DNA of 39,497 nucleotides from Mycobacterium sp. (GTDB lineage Bacteria; Actinomycetota; Actinomycetes; Mycobacteriales; Mycobacteriaceae). The position numbers and the translations under genes are program-made. The notes below the pieces were generated by a model. The model was not told where the DNA came from. It worked only from the letters and a program-made list of their open reading frames with translations, and searched no databases. The stretch covers positions 1 through 39,497 of the forward strand of contig NZ_JBAPPI010000211.1 of the NCBI RefSeq assembly GCF_049280035.1, written 5' to 3'. Every line of letters starts with the position of its first letter. Within the stretch, counting starts at the first letter, position 1. This document shows positions 1-8,882 of this stretch, one piece after another.

Positions 1-68
1 TCATGGGCGGCAACCTGATGAAGCTGATGAAGGTCTCCAAGCCGGTCAAGAAACCAGTGTCAGCCTGA
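1..68 (+). CDS. 3' end of a gene entering the window, probably an amidohydrolase-family protein
   Basis: The frame from position 3 reads MGGNLMKLMKVSKPVKKPVSA-stop (TGA 66-68). 'MGGNL..L' resembles the last helix of Amidohydro_2 proteins. Only 21 residues are visible. Confidence 0.45.
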   Translation, partial: MGGNLMKLMKVSKPVKKPVSA

Positions 69-103
69 TCCGTCGGGCGTCGCTACCTCTACCAGCGCGA
101 CCG

Positions 104-472
104 TCAGGCTTCCAGCCTGGCCCGCACAGCGGCCAGTCGTTCCTCCAACTCGGCCTCGTCGATGAGTCCGCGACGTACAAGCGAGTGCGTCAGCGCGACC
201 AACCGGTTTTCCGGGTAGGGCAGGCCGGAGTAGACCGTTGCCGACAGCGCGTCCTCTTCGTTACGCCGGTCGACGCTGAGTAACGATGCGCCGCAGCTGC
301 TTTGGTCAAGTGCGTCACAGATCCCATCGAGGCTCGATTTCCACGGCGGCACCGGGTTCTCAACGCCATACTTTGCCGCCATCCGGCCCCAGACCTGGTT
401 TCGTTCAACAATTTTCGCCAACGGCGCGATCGAGGAACCCTCGACCGGATCCAGTCTCGCTGAGTTGCTCAC
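104..472 (-). CDS. Nitrile hydratase/thiocyanate hydrolase accessory (activator, P15K-like) protein
   Basis: 122 aa, 15 bp downstream of scnC. NHase-beta-N-like motifs (RRNEEDAL, YSGLPYPENRL, LVRRGLIDEAEL). Its position matches the activator genes of Co-type NHase/SCNase operons. Confidence 0.65.
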   Translation of the reverse strand: MSNSARLDPVEGSSIAPLAKIVERNQVWGRMAAKYGVENPVPPWKSSLDGICDALDQSSCGASLLSVDRRNEEDALSATVYSGLPYPENRLVALTHSLVRRGLIDEAELEERLAAVRARLEA

Positions 473-487
473 CGGTTACCCCGTCGC

Positions 488-1192
488 TTACTCGTTCGCG
501 GGATGAATAGCCGGGCGGGTCTTGGTCACCGCGTTGGTCGTCACACCAACCTTCGGTAACGCGACGCCGATCAGGCAGTCGCGCGTAATGATTTCGACCA
601 GCTGATCCTCGGTCCAGCCCTCGGTTCCCTCCGGACGCACCGGCATCACCATGAAACGGTGCTTCTGGTTCGAGTCCTCCACCCGGATTTCGACATCCTC
701 CGGCAGGTACACACCGAACTCCGCGAGCACTTGTCGCGGCCAGCGCACAATGCGGCGGCGGTAGTTGGGTGTGCGGTACCACTCGGGCGAATTGCCCAGG
801 ATCGGACGCGGATAGCAGGAGCACAGCGTGCAGACGATCACGTGGTGCAGGGTCGGGGTGTCTTCGAGCACATGGAGCGCGGTGAAATCACTCGGTGTTC
901 CGAAACCGGTGGGTTGCAACCAGTCGACGCCGACTTCCTTGCTGGCGGCCAGCGGATCCGCGAGGGCCAGTTTCTTGAACTCAGGACTAATCCAGGCCCG
1001 CGCCACCAGATGCGCGGCAGGGGTTGGACCGATCTGTTCGGCGAACTCAGTGAAGCGGCGGTGCTCCTCAGCGGTGAAAATTCCCTTTTCGATGCATAAT
1101 TCGCGAAGCGCGATCTCCAGGACTTCGAAGTCGGTGATCTCGTCCACCATGGGCGCAGCGGTGCGTTCGTGGTCGTGATCGTGACCGGTCAT
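488..1192 (-). CDS. scnC: Thiocyanate hydrolase gamma subunit (Co-type nitrile hydratase alpha family)
   Basis: Metal motif VCTLCSCYPRPILG, His/Asp-rich N-terminus (GHDHDHE), and segments WYRTPNYRRRIVRWPRQVLAEFG, DSNQK and TRDCLIGVA typical of ScnC. Confidence 0.9.
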   Translation of the reverse strand: MTGHDHDHERTAAPMVDEITDFEVLEIALRELCIEKGIFTAEEHRRFTEFAEQIGPTPAAHLVARAWISPEFKKLALADPLAASKEVGVDWLQPTGFGTPSDFTALHVLEDTPTLHHVIVCTLCSCYPRPILGNSPEWYRTPNYRRRIVRWPRQVLAEFGVYLPEDVEIRVEDSNQKHRFMVMPVRPEGTEGWTEDQLVEIITRDCLIGVALPKVGVTTNAVTKTRPAIHPANE

Positions 1193-1245
1193 GCTGAAAT
1201 CCTTTCAGGATGAAGTCAGTTGGACGACGGCTTGGCTCGGCGCAG

Positions 1246-2097
1246 TCAGCCCGCCGGCGCGAGCCACCGCTCCGGGATCTCGGTCTGCAGGGTGTCATTG
1301 CCGGGGCCGGTGTATCCGTGCCACAACTCAGAAAGGTTGAACCGCACGATGTAGAACCACTCAGGCTTCTGGTCGGGGCCATCCCAGGTTTCGTCCTCGG
1401 CGACGGGGCTTTCGTAGGAGACAACCGCGATCTCCCCCGTGGCGCCACGAACGTACTCCTGGGTACGGGTGTACAGCAGCACGGGAAACTCCCGCACCAC
1501 AACCCTGTCGCCGACCTTGAACTTCGGCTCGCCGGCTTGTCCGGCAAACACTTGCGGGTCGCCCTTGCCGACGGCGTGCATGTGGTGCCGGTTGCGGTTG
1601 ACCGTGGCAGGGTCACCCTCGAACTTGGGCTTGGCCTCCAAAAGCTTTCCCCGCAGGCCGCCCGCATACCGTGCCTTCACCTCGGCCATGCGTTCGGCCA
1701 ACTCACTGATGCCGATGTGGTGTTTTTCGGCGAGGACGCGCGCGACGGCCAGCAGCCAGCGCCCGTAGTAGGGCAGGCCGAGGTAGATGGTGCGGCCCAG
1801 GTCGACGTTGCCTATCCGGCGTCGTTCCTCGGACAACCAGATCCCACGCCAGCCGAGAACCTCACACATGACGTAGGTGTTTTCTTCCCACATCTCGTAT
1901 TGCTTGTTCTCGAATTCCATGGGGGCAGCTGGCTCACCGCCGACATCGTGCGGAGTCTTGGTGTAGGCGGTAAATCGCTCGTGATCGATGAGATCGGGCG
2001 TGGGCGCGTCCGGGAGTTCCGGGTAGGAAGATTTGAGGCGCGCTACCAGGTCCAGATGCGCCACTCGGTCTGGCGGAGTAGTCATCTTCAGTTCCAT
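1246..2097 (-). CDS. scnB: Thiocyanate hydrolase beta+alpha fused subunit (NHase beta family, C-terminal SH3-like domain)
   Basis: The N-half has ScnB-type motifs (PHDVGGE, CEVLGWRGIWLSEERRR, YLGLPYYGRWLL). The C-half has ScnA-type motifs (GKGDPQ, KFKVGDRV, YTRT, YESPVAEDE, NDTLQTEIPERWL). An alternative start lies at 2085. Confidence 0.85.
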   Translation of the reverse strand: MELKMTTPPDRVAHLDLVARLKSSYPELPDAPTPDLIDHERFTAYTKTPHDVGGEPAAPMEFENKQYEMWEENTYVMCEVLGWRGIWLSEERRRIGNVDLGRTIYLGLPYYGRWLLAVARVLAEKHHIGISELAERMAEVKARYAGGLRGKLLEAKPKFEGDPATVNRNRHHMHAVGKGDPQVFAGQAGEPKFKVGDRVVVREFPVLLYTRTQEYVRGATGEIAVVSYESPVAEDETWDGPDQKPEWFYIVRFNLSELWHGYTGPGNDTLQTEIPERWLAPAG

Positions 2098-2258
2098 TCG
2101 TCATCACGATCCGGGCTGTGGCCGCGCTCGCGGATTGCCCTATCGGGGCAGCGAACACCCTCAATACCACTTCACTCCGACCGCGAACATCGCGCAACCG
2201 TTAAACGAATTCCGATATGGCTGTGTCCGGTAATGTCACCGGGATGGAGCGGCGTGTC

Positions 2259-3089
2259 ATGGATGCGGTCATTTATGAACGCGATCCACCGATTGCCCGG
2301 ATCATTCTCAACCGCGGAGACAAGGCCAACACCAAAGACGCAACGCTGGTCACCGAAGTCGACAACTGCCTGCACGAGGCCGACCGTGATCGCGAGATCA
2401 AGGTGGTGATCCTCAAGGCCAACGGCAACGGCTTCTGCGGCGGGCACGTGGCCCGCTGGGGTCCCGACGAGAATCCGTATCCAGATTTCGGCGACACCTT
2501 CGAGGATCTCTACAAGGGCACCGCCGACCTGTTTTTGTGGCCGACGTTGTATCTGTGGGAATTCCCGAAGCCGACGATCTCGCAGATTCACGGCTATTGC
2601 ATGGGTGGTGGCATTTATCTGGGCTTGCTGACCGACTTCTGTGTCGCGTCCGACGACGCGTATTTTCAGATGCCCCTTGCGCAGAGTCTCGGCGAGCCCG
2701 GCGGGCACACCATGATCGAGCCGTGGCTGCTGATGAATTGGCATCGCACGATGGATTGGCTGCTGCTGGCACCGACGCTGTCGGCGCAGGAGGCGCTCGA
2801 TTGGGGGCTCCTCAACAAGGTAGTCCCCCGGGAGGATCTCGAGGATGTCGTCGAGGAGATGGCGCGCAAGATCGCCCAGATCCCGTTGACGACATTGATG
2901 GCGGTGAAGAACAGCGTGAAACGGGCCTGGGAATTGATGGGTATGCGGGTGCACCTCCAGGTCAGCCACATCTTGACCAACATGGTCGGCGCGGCTTCCG
3001 ACGTCCAGGCACGCCGAGCCCAGCTCATGCAATCAGGCTTGAAGCCAAGGGATTTCGTGGGGCGCGACGAAACCGCGGACGACAGCTAG
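2259..3089 (+). CDS. Enoyl-CoA hydratase/isomerase (crotonase) family protein, atypical active site
   Basis: ARIILNRGDKAN, FCGGH, KPTISQIHGYCMGGG, AQEALDWGLLNKVV. Start placed at ATG 2259 behind GGAG. Confidence 0.85.
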   Translation: MDAVIYERDPPIARIILNRGDKANTKDATLVTEVDNCLHEADRDREIKVVILKANGNGFCGGHVARWGPDENPYPDFGDTFEDLYKGTADLFLWPTLYLWEFPKPTISQIHGYCMGGGIYLGLLTDFCVASDDAYFQMPLAQSLGEPGGHTMIEPWLLMNWHRTMDWLLLAPTLSAQEALDWGLLNKVVPREDLEDVVEEMARKIAQIPLTTLMAVKNSVKRAWELMGMRVHLQVSHILTNMVGAASDVQARRAQLMQSGLKPRDFVGRDETADDS

Positions 3090-4786
3090 CGGCTCATCTG
3101 GCCGGCGACTTTGCGCCCTGCCACGTGCCGCGCGGCGACATAACCGAACACCATCGAGCTGGCGATGCTCGCGCCGGCGCCCGGATAGGTTCGGCCCATC
3201 ACTGTCGCGGTGGTGTTGCCGGTGGCGTACAGGCCGTCGATCACCTGGTCCTGCTCATCGAGAACCTGTGCGTACTCGTTGGTGATCACGCCGCCGCATG
3301 TGCCGACATCGGCCGGAAGCACCCTCGTCGCGTAAAACGGCGCCCGGTGAAGCGGGCCGACGGCGGCGTTCGGCCGATACCCCGGATCACCAAGGCAGTC
3401 GTTGTAGGCCGACTGTCCCCGGCCGAAGTCGGGATCCAGACCCTTGATGGCAAACTGATTGAAGCGCTGGATCGTACGCGTCAGTTCGTCTGCGGGAAGG
3501 TCGATCTGGCGTGCCAGGTCTTCGATGCTGTCGGCACGTTTGACCGCCCCCGACTTGATCAGCTCGGACGGCAGCTGCTGGTTGCGCTTCAGCGGGTTGG
3601 CGCTGGTGACGTATCTGCGCACATATCCGTCGTCGAAGATCATCCAGCAGGGCACCGCCTTGTTGGCGTACATCGCCTTGCCGACCTCCACGTAGGAGTT
3701 CGACTCGTTGCAGAACCTCCTGCCCGTCGAATCCACATAGATGGCGCCGGGCCGCTGACGTCCCGAACCCAACGACGCGGCGGCAGCCCCGCCGTTAGCG
3801 ATGAAAACTGAAGGCAGCCACCATGCTTCGTCCAGCAGATCGGTCTTGGCGCCCAGTCGCATCGCGGTTTGCAGCACCTCGCCGGTATCACCCGCGTTAG
3901 CTATCGACCACTTGGCCTCGTTGGGTTGGTCGCCGCTGTAACGCCGCCGCATCTCGGCGTTGTGCCCGAACCCGCCGGCGGCCAGCAGGACTCCCTTGCG
4001 TGCCTCGACATTCAGCGGGTTGCCGTCGCGGACGATACGCGCACCGACCACTCGCCCGTCTTCGACGATGAGGTCGTCCACGGCGGCGTTTATCCACAGC
4101 GGTGGCTGGCCGTCGCTGAGATCCATCAGCGCTTTGAGCATCTGAGCGATCAGCGAGGCGCCGTTGGTGAGGATCTGGCGCCGGCGGATCCGGGCCGCCG
4201 CGGTGCGCAGGAAAACCCGGGTGGCCACTGCGAAGGCGCGGGGCGCACGGTTGAAATACTGAACCGAACGAAGCTCGTTGGTCAGCACCGCGTACCCGTA
4301 GTTCTTGGCCAGCGGCGGCTGCACCTTGTCACTCCAGCTGCCGAGCTCGGCGGCATCGAACGGAATACCCTCCAATGCGCGGCCAGCTTCATTGCCGCCC
4401 TTATGGTTTGGGTAGTAATCGCTCCAGCCTGCGCAACGGATCAGCTGGACGCCCTTGCGGATCAGGAAATTGATCATCTCGTAGCCCGCCGTCAGGAACA
4501 TTTCACGGCGCTCCGGCGACGACGGTGCGCCGATGTCGCCGACGACGTCGGCCAGGTAAGCAAGCCCGTCTTCGTGCGAGTCCGCTATGCCATCGGCCCG
4601 CATCAGCGGATTGTTGGGCAGCCAGACGATACCGCCGGACAGTCCCGTCGATCCGCCAACCAGCGCTTGCTTTTCGACGATCAGCGGCTCGAGCCCGCAG
4701 TCGAGTGCGGCCAGCCCCGCGACCATGCCGCCACCACCGCTGCCCGCAATGACCAGGTCGACGGAGTGGTCCCATTGGGTGGTCAT
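3086..4786 (-). CDS. FAD-dependent oxidoreductase, 3-ketosteroid-delta1-dehydrogenase (KstD)-like
   Basis: VIAGSGGGG, GGSTGLSGG, WSDYYP, GVLLAAGGF, DEAWW, NESNSYVE, GLYATGN, TYPGAGASI. The start overlaps the upstream stop (ATGA at 4783-4786). Confidence 0.8.
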   Translation of the reverse strand: MTTQWDHSVDLVIAGSGGGGMVAGLAALDCGLEPLIVEKQALVGGSTGLSGGIVWLPNNPLMRADGIADSHEDGLAYLADVVGDIGAPSSPERREMFLTAGYEMINFLIRKGVQLIRCAGWSDYYPNHKGGNEAGRALEGIPFDAAELGSWSDKVQPPLAKNYGYAVLTNELRSVQYFNRAPRAFAVATRVFLRTAAARIRRRQILTNGASLIAQMLKALMDLSDGQPPLWINAAVDDLIVEDGRVVGARIVRDGNPLNVEARKGVLLAAGGFGHNAEMRRRYSGDQPNEAKWSIANAGDTGEVLQTAMRLGAKTDLLDEAWWLPSVFIANGGAAAASLGSGRQRPGAIYVDSTGRRFCNESNSYVEVGKAMYANKAVPCWMIFDDGYVRRYVTSANPLKRNQQLPSELIKSGAVKRADSIEDLARQIDLPADELTRTIQRFNQFAIKGLDPDFGRGQSAYNDCLGDPGYRPNAAVGPLHRAPFYATRVLPADVGTCGGVITNEYAQVLDEQDQVIDGLYATGNTTATVMGRTYPGAGASIASSMVFGYVAARHVAGRKVAGQMSR

Positions 4787-6165
4787 GGCGCCTCCGCAGT
4801 GAATCCCAGATCGACAATCGGCACATCGATGGTGGTGTTGGTTTTCTGGATCGCCGGTACCAGCGTGTCGTAGGGCAATCCGGCGAGGAAGCCGTCGACG
4901 ACACGCTCGAAGTTCGAGATCAGCCCTTCGATTTGCTCCGACAGGCGCATGTACTCGAACCCCTTGGAATGTAGCCCTTTTTGCTGTCGCGGCAGGTTGG
5001 AGAAGTCTTGGGCGGGGATCGGCGGCCAACGCGGGTCGTCCGGCGCCATCGGCTCGGGTGGTGTGGGCTTTCCCGCGGAAAGGTTTGACGGGAAACGGGT
5101 GAGCGACCAGATCTCGAACAGCGTTTCCTCCGGACCGAGCGGACGGATCCGGTACGACGAGGCGCTGCTGTAGGTGGGCAGGATGAAGTGGTGCGGAAAG
5201 CAGAATCCGATCGCATCGGTAATCCCGCGGCGGACAAGGTCGTTGAGGTCGGGCATGTCGCTGCCCCGCGCCCGATGCCAGCTCACGACGGCATCGTTGA
5301 GAGCACTGCGCCAGGCGGTCATCGCCTCGGCCGGATCCGACGACAGCTCGATGTGCTGCAGGCCTTCGGCGACGCGGATGTCGTTCTCGTGGGTCATGCC
5401 ACCCATGCCGTCACCCAACGTGCGCATGAAGTAGAGGCTGCTCTGGACAATGGGATGCACTGCCGGAGAAGGCGCACCGGTCTGCGCGGACGGCAGCAGC
5501 TGCGGATGAGTCTGCGGAACGTGGTAGCCCTCCATGAACGCAGCCGTCGCCAGCTTCCAGTTCACCGGCAGCCGGCACGACTGCCACCACTCGACGCGCA
5601 GCGACTCGACCTTCCAGGCGTCATAGATCGACGCGAACGGCTCCATGCAGTCCCGTAACGCCGGCGCGTCGTCGTCGAGGTTGATCCACGCGCACCCACC
5701 CCACAGTTCGCACCTGACCGACACGAGTTGCAGATCGTCCGGACACAGGTTGTCCTCTGCGAACACCTCGGGTCGCAACACAAATGTGTTGCGACCGTCG
5801 ATGCCCCAGCACCACCCATGGAACGGACAGACGAAGGCGCGCCGATTTCCGCTGCCCTCCACCAGCTTTACCCCGCGGTGGCGGCACGCGTTGTGGTAGG
5901 CCCGGACGGTTTCGCTGTCGACTCGCGCCACGATGATCGACTGGTCGAGGATTTCGTACTCCACGAAGTCACCGGCCTTGGGGATCTCCTCGAGCCGACA
6001 CGCCATCTGCCACACCCGCGGCCAGAACAGCTCGGTTTCCAGCGCGTAGAAGTCCGGATCGTAGTAGCGCTGCTTGGGAATCCGATCGACGGCCTGAACC
6101 GCCCAGGGCACCGGAAGCGGTTCCCAGTTCACATCAGTTCGTCCAGTGGTTGTTGGGTTGGCCAT
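4783..6165 (-). CDS. Rieske non-heme iron oxygenase alpha subunit (ring-hydroxylating dioxygenase family)
   Basis: Rieske ligands CRHRG...CPFHGW, mononuclear-iron motif NWK...EGYHVPQTH, and a distal QD. Confidence 0.9.
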   Translation of the reverse strand: MANPTTTGRTDVNWEPLPVPWAVQAVDRIPKQRYYDPDFYALETELFWPRVWQMACRLEEIPKAGDFVEYEILDQSIIVARVDSETVRAYHNACRHRGVKLVEGSGNRRAFVCPFHGWCWGIDGRNTFVLRPEVFAEDNLCPDDLQLVSVRCELWGGCAWINLDDDAPALRDCMEPFASIYDAWKVESLRVEWWQSCRLPVNWKLATAAFMEGYHVPQTHPQLLPSAQTGAPSPAVHPIVQSSLYFMRTLGDGMGGMTHENDIRVAEGLQHIELSSDPAEAMTAWRSALNDAVVSWHRARGSDMPDLNDLVRRGITDAIGFCFPHHFILPTYSSASSYRIRPLGPEETLFEIWSLTRFPSNLSAGKPTPPEPMAPDDPRWPPIPAQDFSNLPRQQKGLHSKGFEYMRLSEQIEGLISNFERVVDGFLAGLPYDTLVPAIQKTNTTIDVPIVDLGFTAEAP

Positions 6166-6202
6166 CTCACTGTCCTCTTCTTAGCTCAACCATTCTGTTG
6201 GC

Positions 6203-7738
6203 TCATAAGATCCGTGATACCCGCCCTTGCCAGTAACGTTCGCGGATACGCCTCTTGTAGAGCTTTCCGTTCGGGTCCCGCGGCAACTCCGGGTCGAATT
6301 CAACTGTGCGCGGGCACTTATAGCCGGCGAGGTGTGTTCGGCAGTACTCGATGAGCTCGGCTTCCAGGTCGGGCCCAGGCGTGACGCCCTCGACCGGTTG
6401 CACGACGGCCTTGACCTCTTCACCGAACTCGTCGTTGGGAACACCGAACACCGCCGCGTCGACCAGTTTGGGATGCATGATCAGCAGGTTCTCCGCCTCT
6501 TGCGGATAAATGTTCACCCCGCCGGAGACGATCATGAATGTCGATCGGTCGGTCAGGTACATGTAGCCGTCCTCGTCGACATAGCCCATATCTCCCAACG
6601 AGCGCCAGCCGCGGTCGTTGTACACCGACGCGGTCTTGGCGGGGTCCTTGAAGTACTCGAAGTCGGGTCCACCTTCAAAGTAAAGCTCGCCGGACTGCCC
6701 GACGGGAAGCTCCTGCCCGTCTTCGCCGACCACGTGCACCGGGGCCATTGGTATACCCACCGAGCCGGGATGAGCCAGCCACGCTAAAGGCCCGATCGTG
6801 GCACCCGCGAATCCCTCTGTCCCGCCATAGTATTCGTGAATGATCGGCCCGAACCACTCCATCATTGCGTGCTTGACATCCACCGGGCACGGCGCTGCAG
6901 CATGGATCACACACGTCAGGGTCGAGACGTCGTATTTCTCACGAACAGCCTTCGGCAGCTTGAGCATCCGCACGAACATCGTCGGTACGAACTGCGCGTG
7001 GGTGACCCGGTGCGTCTCGATCAACCGCAGCACAGCCTCCGCGTCGAACTTGCGCATGATGATCGCGGCGGCGCCAACACGGTTGACCGCCATCGTGTAG
7101 TTCACCCCGGCGGCGTGATACAGCGGTGCCGGCGACAGGTACACGCTCGCACGACTCATGCCGTACTTGTGGATCAGCGCCATCTCCAGGACTGACTGGG
7201 CCCACGAGCCGTTGCCATCAGTCGGGAGCGGTCGACGCACGGCCTTGGGCCGCCCGGTAGTGCCCGACGAGTACAGCATCTCCGACCCGTCCGACACTGG
7301 CGGCACATCGCCCGCCGTCGCCACGGCGTCGTCGTAGGATCGCCAGCCCGGGAGGTCTCCGCCGACCGCGATGTGGACGTTGACAGTGGCATTCCCGCTG
7401 CGCAGATGCGCGGCGAGGTCGCCCATCGACGCGTCGACGAACACCGCCTTTGCGTCTGAGTCGTCAATGACGTAAGCGACTTCGTCGGGCGTGAAGTGGG
7501 TGTTGACGGCGGTGTAGTAGAGCCCGGAACGCTGACAGCCCCAGGTGATTTCGAAGAACTCGGGCCGGTTCGGCAGGACCAGGGCCACGCCGTCGCCGCG
7601 GCGCAACCCGGCGCTGTGCAGTGCCGCGGCGACCCGTTGGCTGCGGGCATTCAACTCGCCGAACGGGACCGAGTCGCCGTCCGCAATGATGAGGGCCGGC
7701 GACTCTGCGGCGCTGATCGCGTGATCGGCGATGTTCAC
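6203..7738 (-). CDS. Acyl-CoA synthetase (AMP-binding, FadD4-like)
   Basis: YSSGTTGRPK, EYYGGTEG, SLGDMGYVD, IVSGGVNIYPQE, PRDPNGKL. Start placed at GTG 7738 (VNIADH), just after the upstream stop. Confidence 0.9.
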   Translation of the reverse strand: MNIADHAISAAESPALIIADGDSVPFGELNARSQRVAAALHSAGLRRGDGVALVLPNRPEFFEITWGCQRSGLYYTAVNTHFTPDEVAYVIDDSDAKAVFVDASMGDLAAHLRSGNATVNVHIAVGGDLPGWRSYDDAVATAGDVPPVSDGSEMLYSSGTTGRPKAVRRPLPTDGNGSWAQSVLEMALIHKYGMSRASVYLSPAPLYHAAGVNYTMAVNRVGAAAIIMRKFDAEAVLRLIETHRVTHAQFVPTMFVRMLKLPKAVREKYDVSTLTCVIHAAAPCPVDVKHAMMEWFGPIIHEYYGGTEGFAGATIGPLAWLAHPGSVGIPMAPVHVVGEDGQELPVGQSGELYFEGGPDFEYFKDPAKTASVYNDRGWRSLGDMGYVDEDGYMYLTDRSTFMIVSGGVNIYPQEAENLLIMHPKLVDAAVFGVPNDEFGEEVKAVVQPVEGVTPGPDLEAELIEYCRTHLAGYKCPRTVEFDPELPRDPNGKLYKRRIRERYWQGRVSRIL

Positions 7739-7755
7739 CAGCAGACCTCGAGAGA

Positions 7756-8628
7756 TTAAGTGGCCGTTGCGCCATCGGTCGACGCGGCCGCGGCCGCCTG
7801 ACGTCGCGCGTGCTCGGACGGCAACACCTTGTCCTTGAACACCTGCTGAATCAACTGCTGCACATCCTTGCTGATCGAGGCGAGCGCGACCAGGTCGTTG
7901 GAGCTCTGCCAGTGCACCCGCATGCCCATCAGCTCCCAGGCCCGTTTGAGGTTGGCCTTGGTGAGCATCAGCGTCGTCAACGGTGCCTGGGCAATGTGGC
8001 GGGCGATCGCGTCCACCCGGTCGTCGAGGTCCTCCCGCTTGACCACCTCGTTGACGAGGCCGACCTCCAGCGCCTTCTTGGCGTCGATCACCTCGGCGGT
8101 GAACAGATAGTAGGCGGCGCGGCGCCAGTTCATGAACACCCAAGGCTCAATGGAACATTCACCGGATGGCATGCCGAACCCCTGCAGGGGCGGGTAAGAG
8201 AAGTAGGCGTCCTCGGAGGCGATGACGATGTCTGTGGTCAGGCCCATGTGCGTGCCGCCGCCCACACAGTATCCGTGGACCTGCGCGATGGTGGGCTTGG
8301 AGAACTCCCACAGATTCAGGGTTGGCTTGACGAAGAGATCCGACTGCGCCTTCCACGGGTGGCCTGTCACCATGGCGTTCTCGACGAACGCCGGATAGTC
8401 GACGGCGTTGTTGCCGATGGCGTGCCCGGAGCAAAATCCCTTGCCATTGGCCTTCAGCACCAAAACCTTGATGTCATAGTCGCGGTCGGCATCGAGCAAT
8501 GCGGCATCGACTTCTTCGGCCAGCTTCTGATCCTGGGCGTTGGCCTTCTCAGGCCAGTTGAGGGTGATCTTCGCGATCGGCCCATCTTTTTGGTAGATGA
8601 TTCTTTCGCGGGTCTCGTTGAGATCCAT
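7756..8628 (-). CDS. Enoyl-CoA hydratase/isomerase (crotonase) family protein, paralogue of 2259..3089
   Basis: AKITLNWPEKANAQD, FCSGH, KPTIAQVHGYCVGGG, ALEVGLVNEVV. Start placed at ATG 8628 behind AGGAAGGG. Confidence 0.85.
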   Translation of the reverse strand: MDLNETRERIIYQKDGPIAKITLNWPEKANAQDQKLAEEVDAALLDADRDYDIKVLVLKANGKGFCSGHAIGNNAVDYPAFVENAMVTGHPWKAQSDLFVKPTLNLWEFSKPTIAQVHGYCVGGGTHMGLTTDIVIASEDAYFSYPPLQGFGMPSGECSIEPWVFMNWRRAAYYLFTAEVIDAKKALEVGLVNEVVKREDLDDRVDAIARHIAQAPLTTLMLTKANLKRAWELMGMRVHWQSSNDLVALASISKDVQQLIQQVFKDKVLPSEHARRQAAAAASTDGATAT

Positions 8629-8645
8629 CTGTTCGTACCCTTCCT

Positions 8646-8882
8646 CTATGAAGTGATGACGCCGATTTCTGCGCCGATGTCGTACGTCGTGCCGACCTGG
8701 CCAGTCCACTGCACGGTGCCCGAGGCCCCGGCCTCGATTTCCTGTTCCACTTTCTCGGTCGCGATCACGTAGATCGGTGTGCCCTCTTCAACGTGCTGCC
8801 CGGCATCGACCAGAAAGTCGGTCAACTCGGCCTCTGCGACGGCCACCGATACCCGCGGGATGCGAATGACGAAGTCAGCCAT
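8646..8882 (-). CDS. Stand-alone lipoyl (biotin/lipoyl attachment) domain protein
   Basis: 78 aa, MADFVIRIP...GQHVEEGTPIYVIATEKVEQEIEAGASGTV. The Lys lies in a TEKV turn resembling the lipoyl TDKA motif. The start overlaps the E1-beta stop. Confidence 0.85.
   Translation of the reverse strand: MADFVIRIPRVSVAVAEAELTDFLVDAGQHVEEGTPIYVIATEKVEQEIEAGASGTVQWTGQVGTTYDIGAEIGVITS

Noticed and set aside
2098..2258. Possible cobalt or cobalamin riboswitch upstream of the thiocyanate hydrolase operon
   Set aside because: Only short hairpins (TGCCC-tatcg-GGGCA) are visible, with no recognisable riboswitch core. An Rfam/Infernal scan would settle it.
1210..2409. Long antisense or alternate-frame ORFs (for example 1210..2409 +, 2537..3811 +, 16934..18172 +, 20916..21959 +, 33789..34904 +)
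   Set aside because: They shadow well-supported genes, show no family motifs, and are expected in high-GC DNA where stop codons are rare.
4787..5029. N-terminal extensions in the ORF track (KstD-like to 5029, ligase to 8143, E1 alpha to 11119, ADH from 24790, P450 to 29529)
   Set aside because: The extensions run inside upstream genes. Homology starts at internal codons, several of which form ATGA/GTGA overlaps, so these are not fusions.
8646..8882. Small carrier as the biotin carrier for the lone carboxyltransferase
   Set aside because: The Lys context is TEKV (lipoyl-like), not AMKM, and the gene is coupled to E1 beta about 22 kb from the carboxyltransferase.
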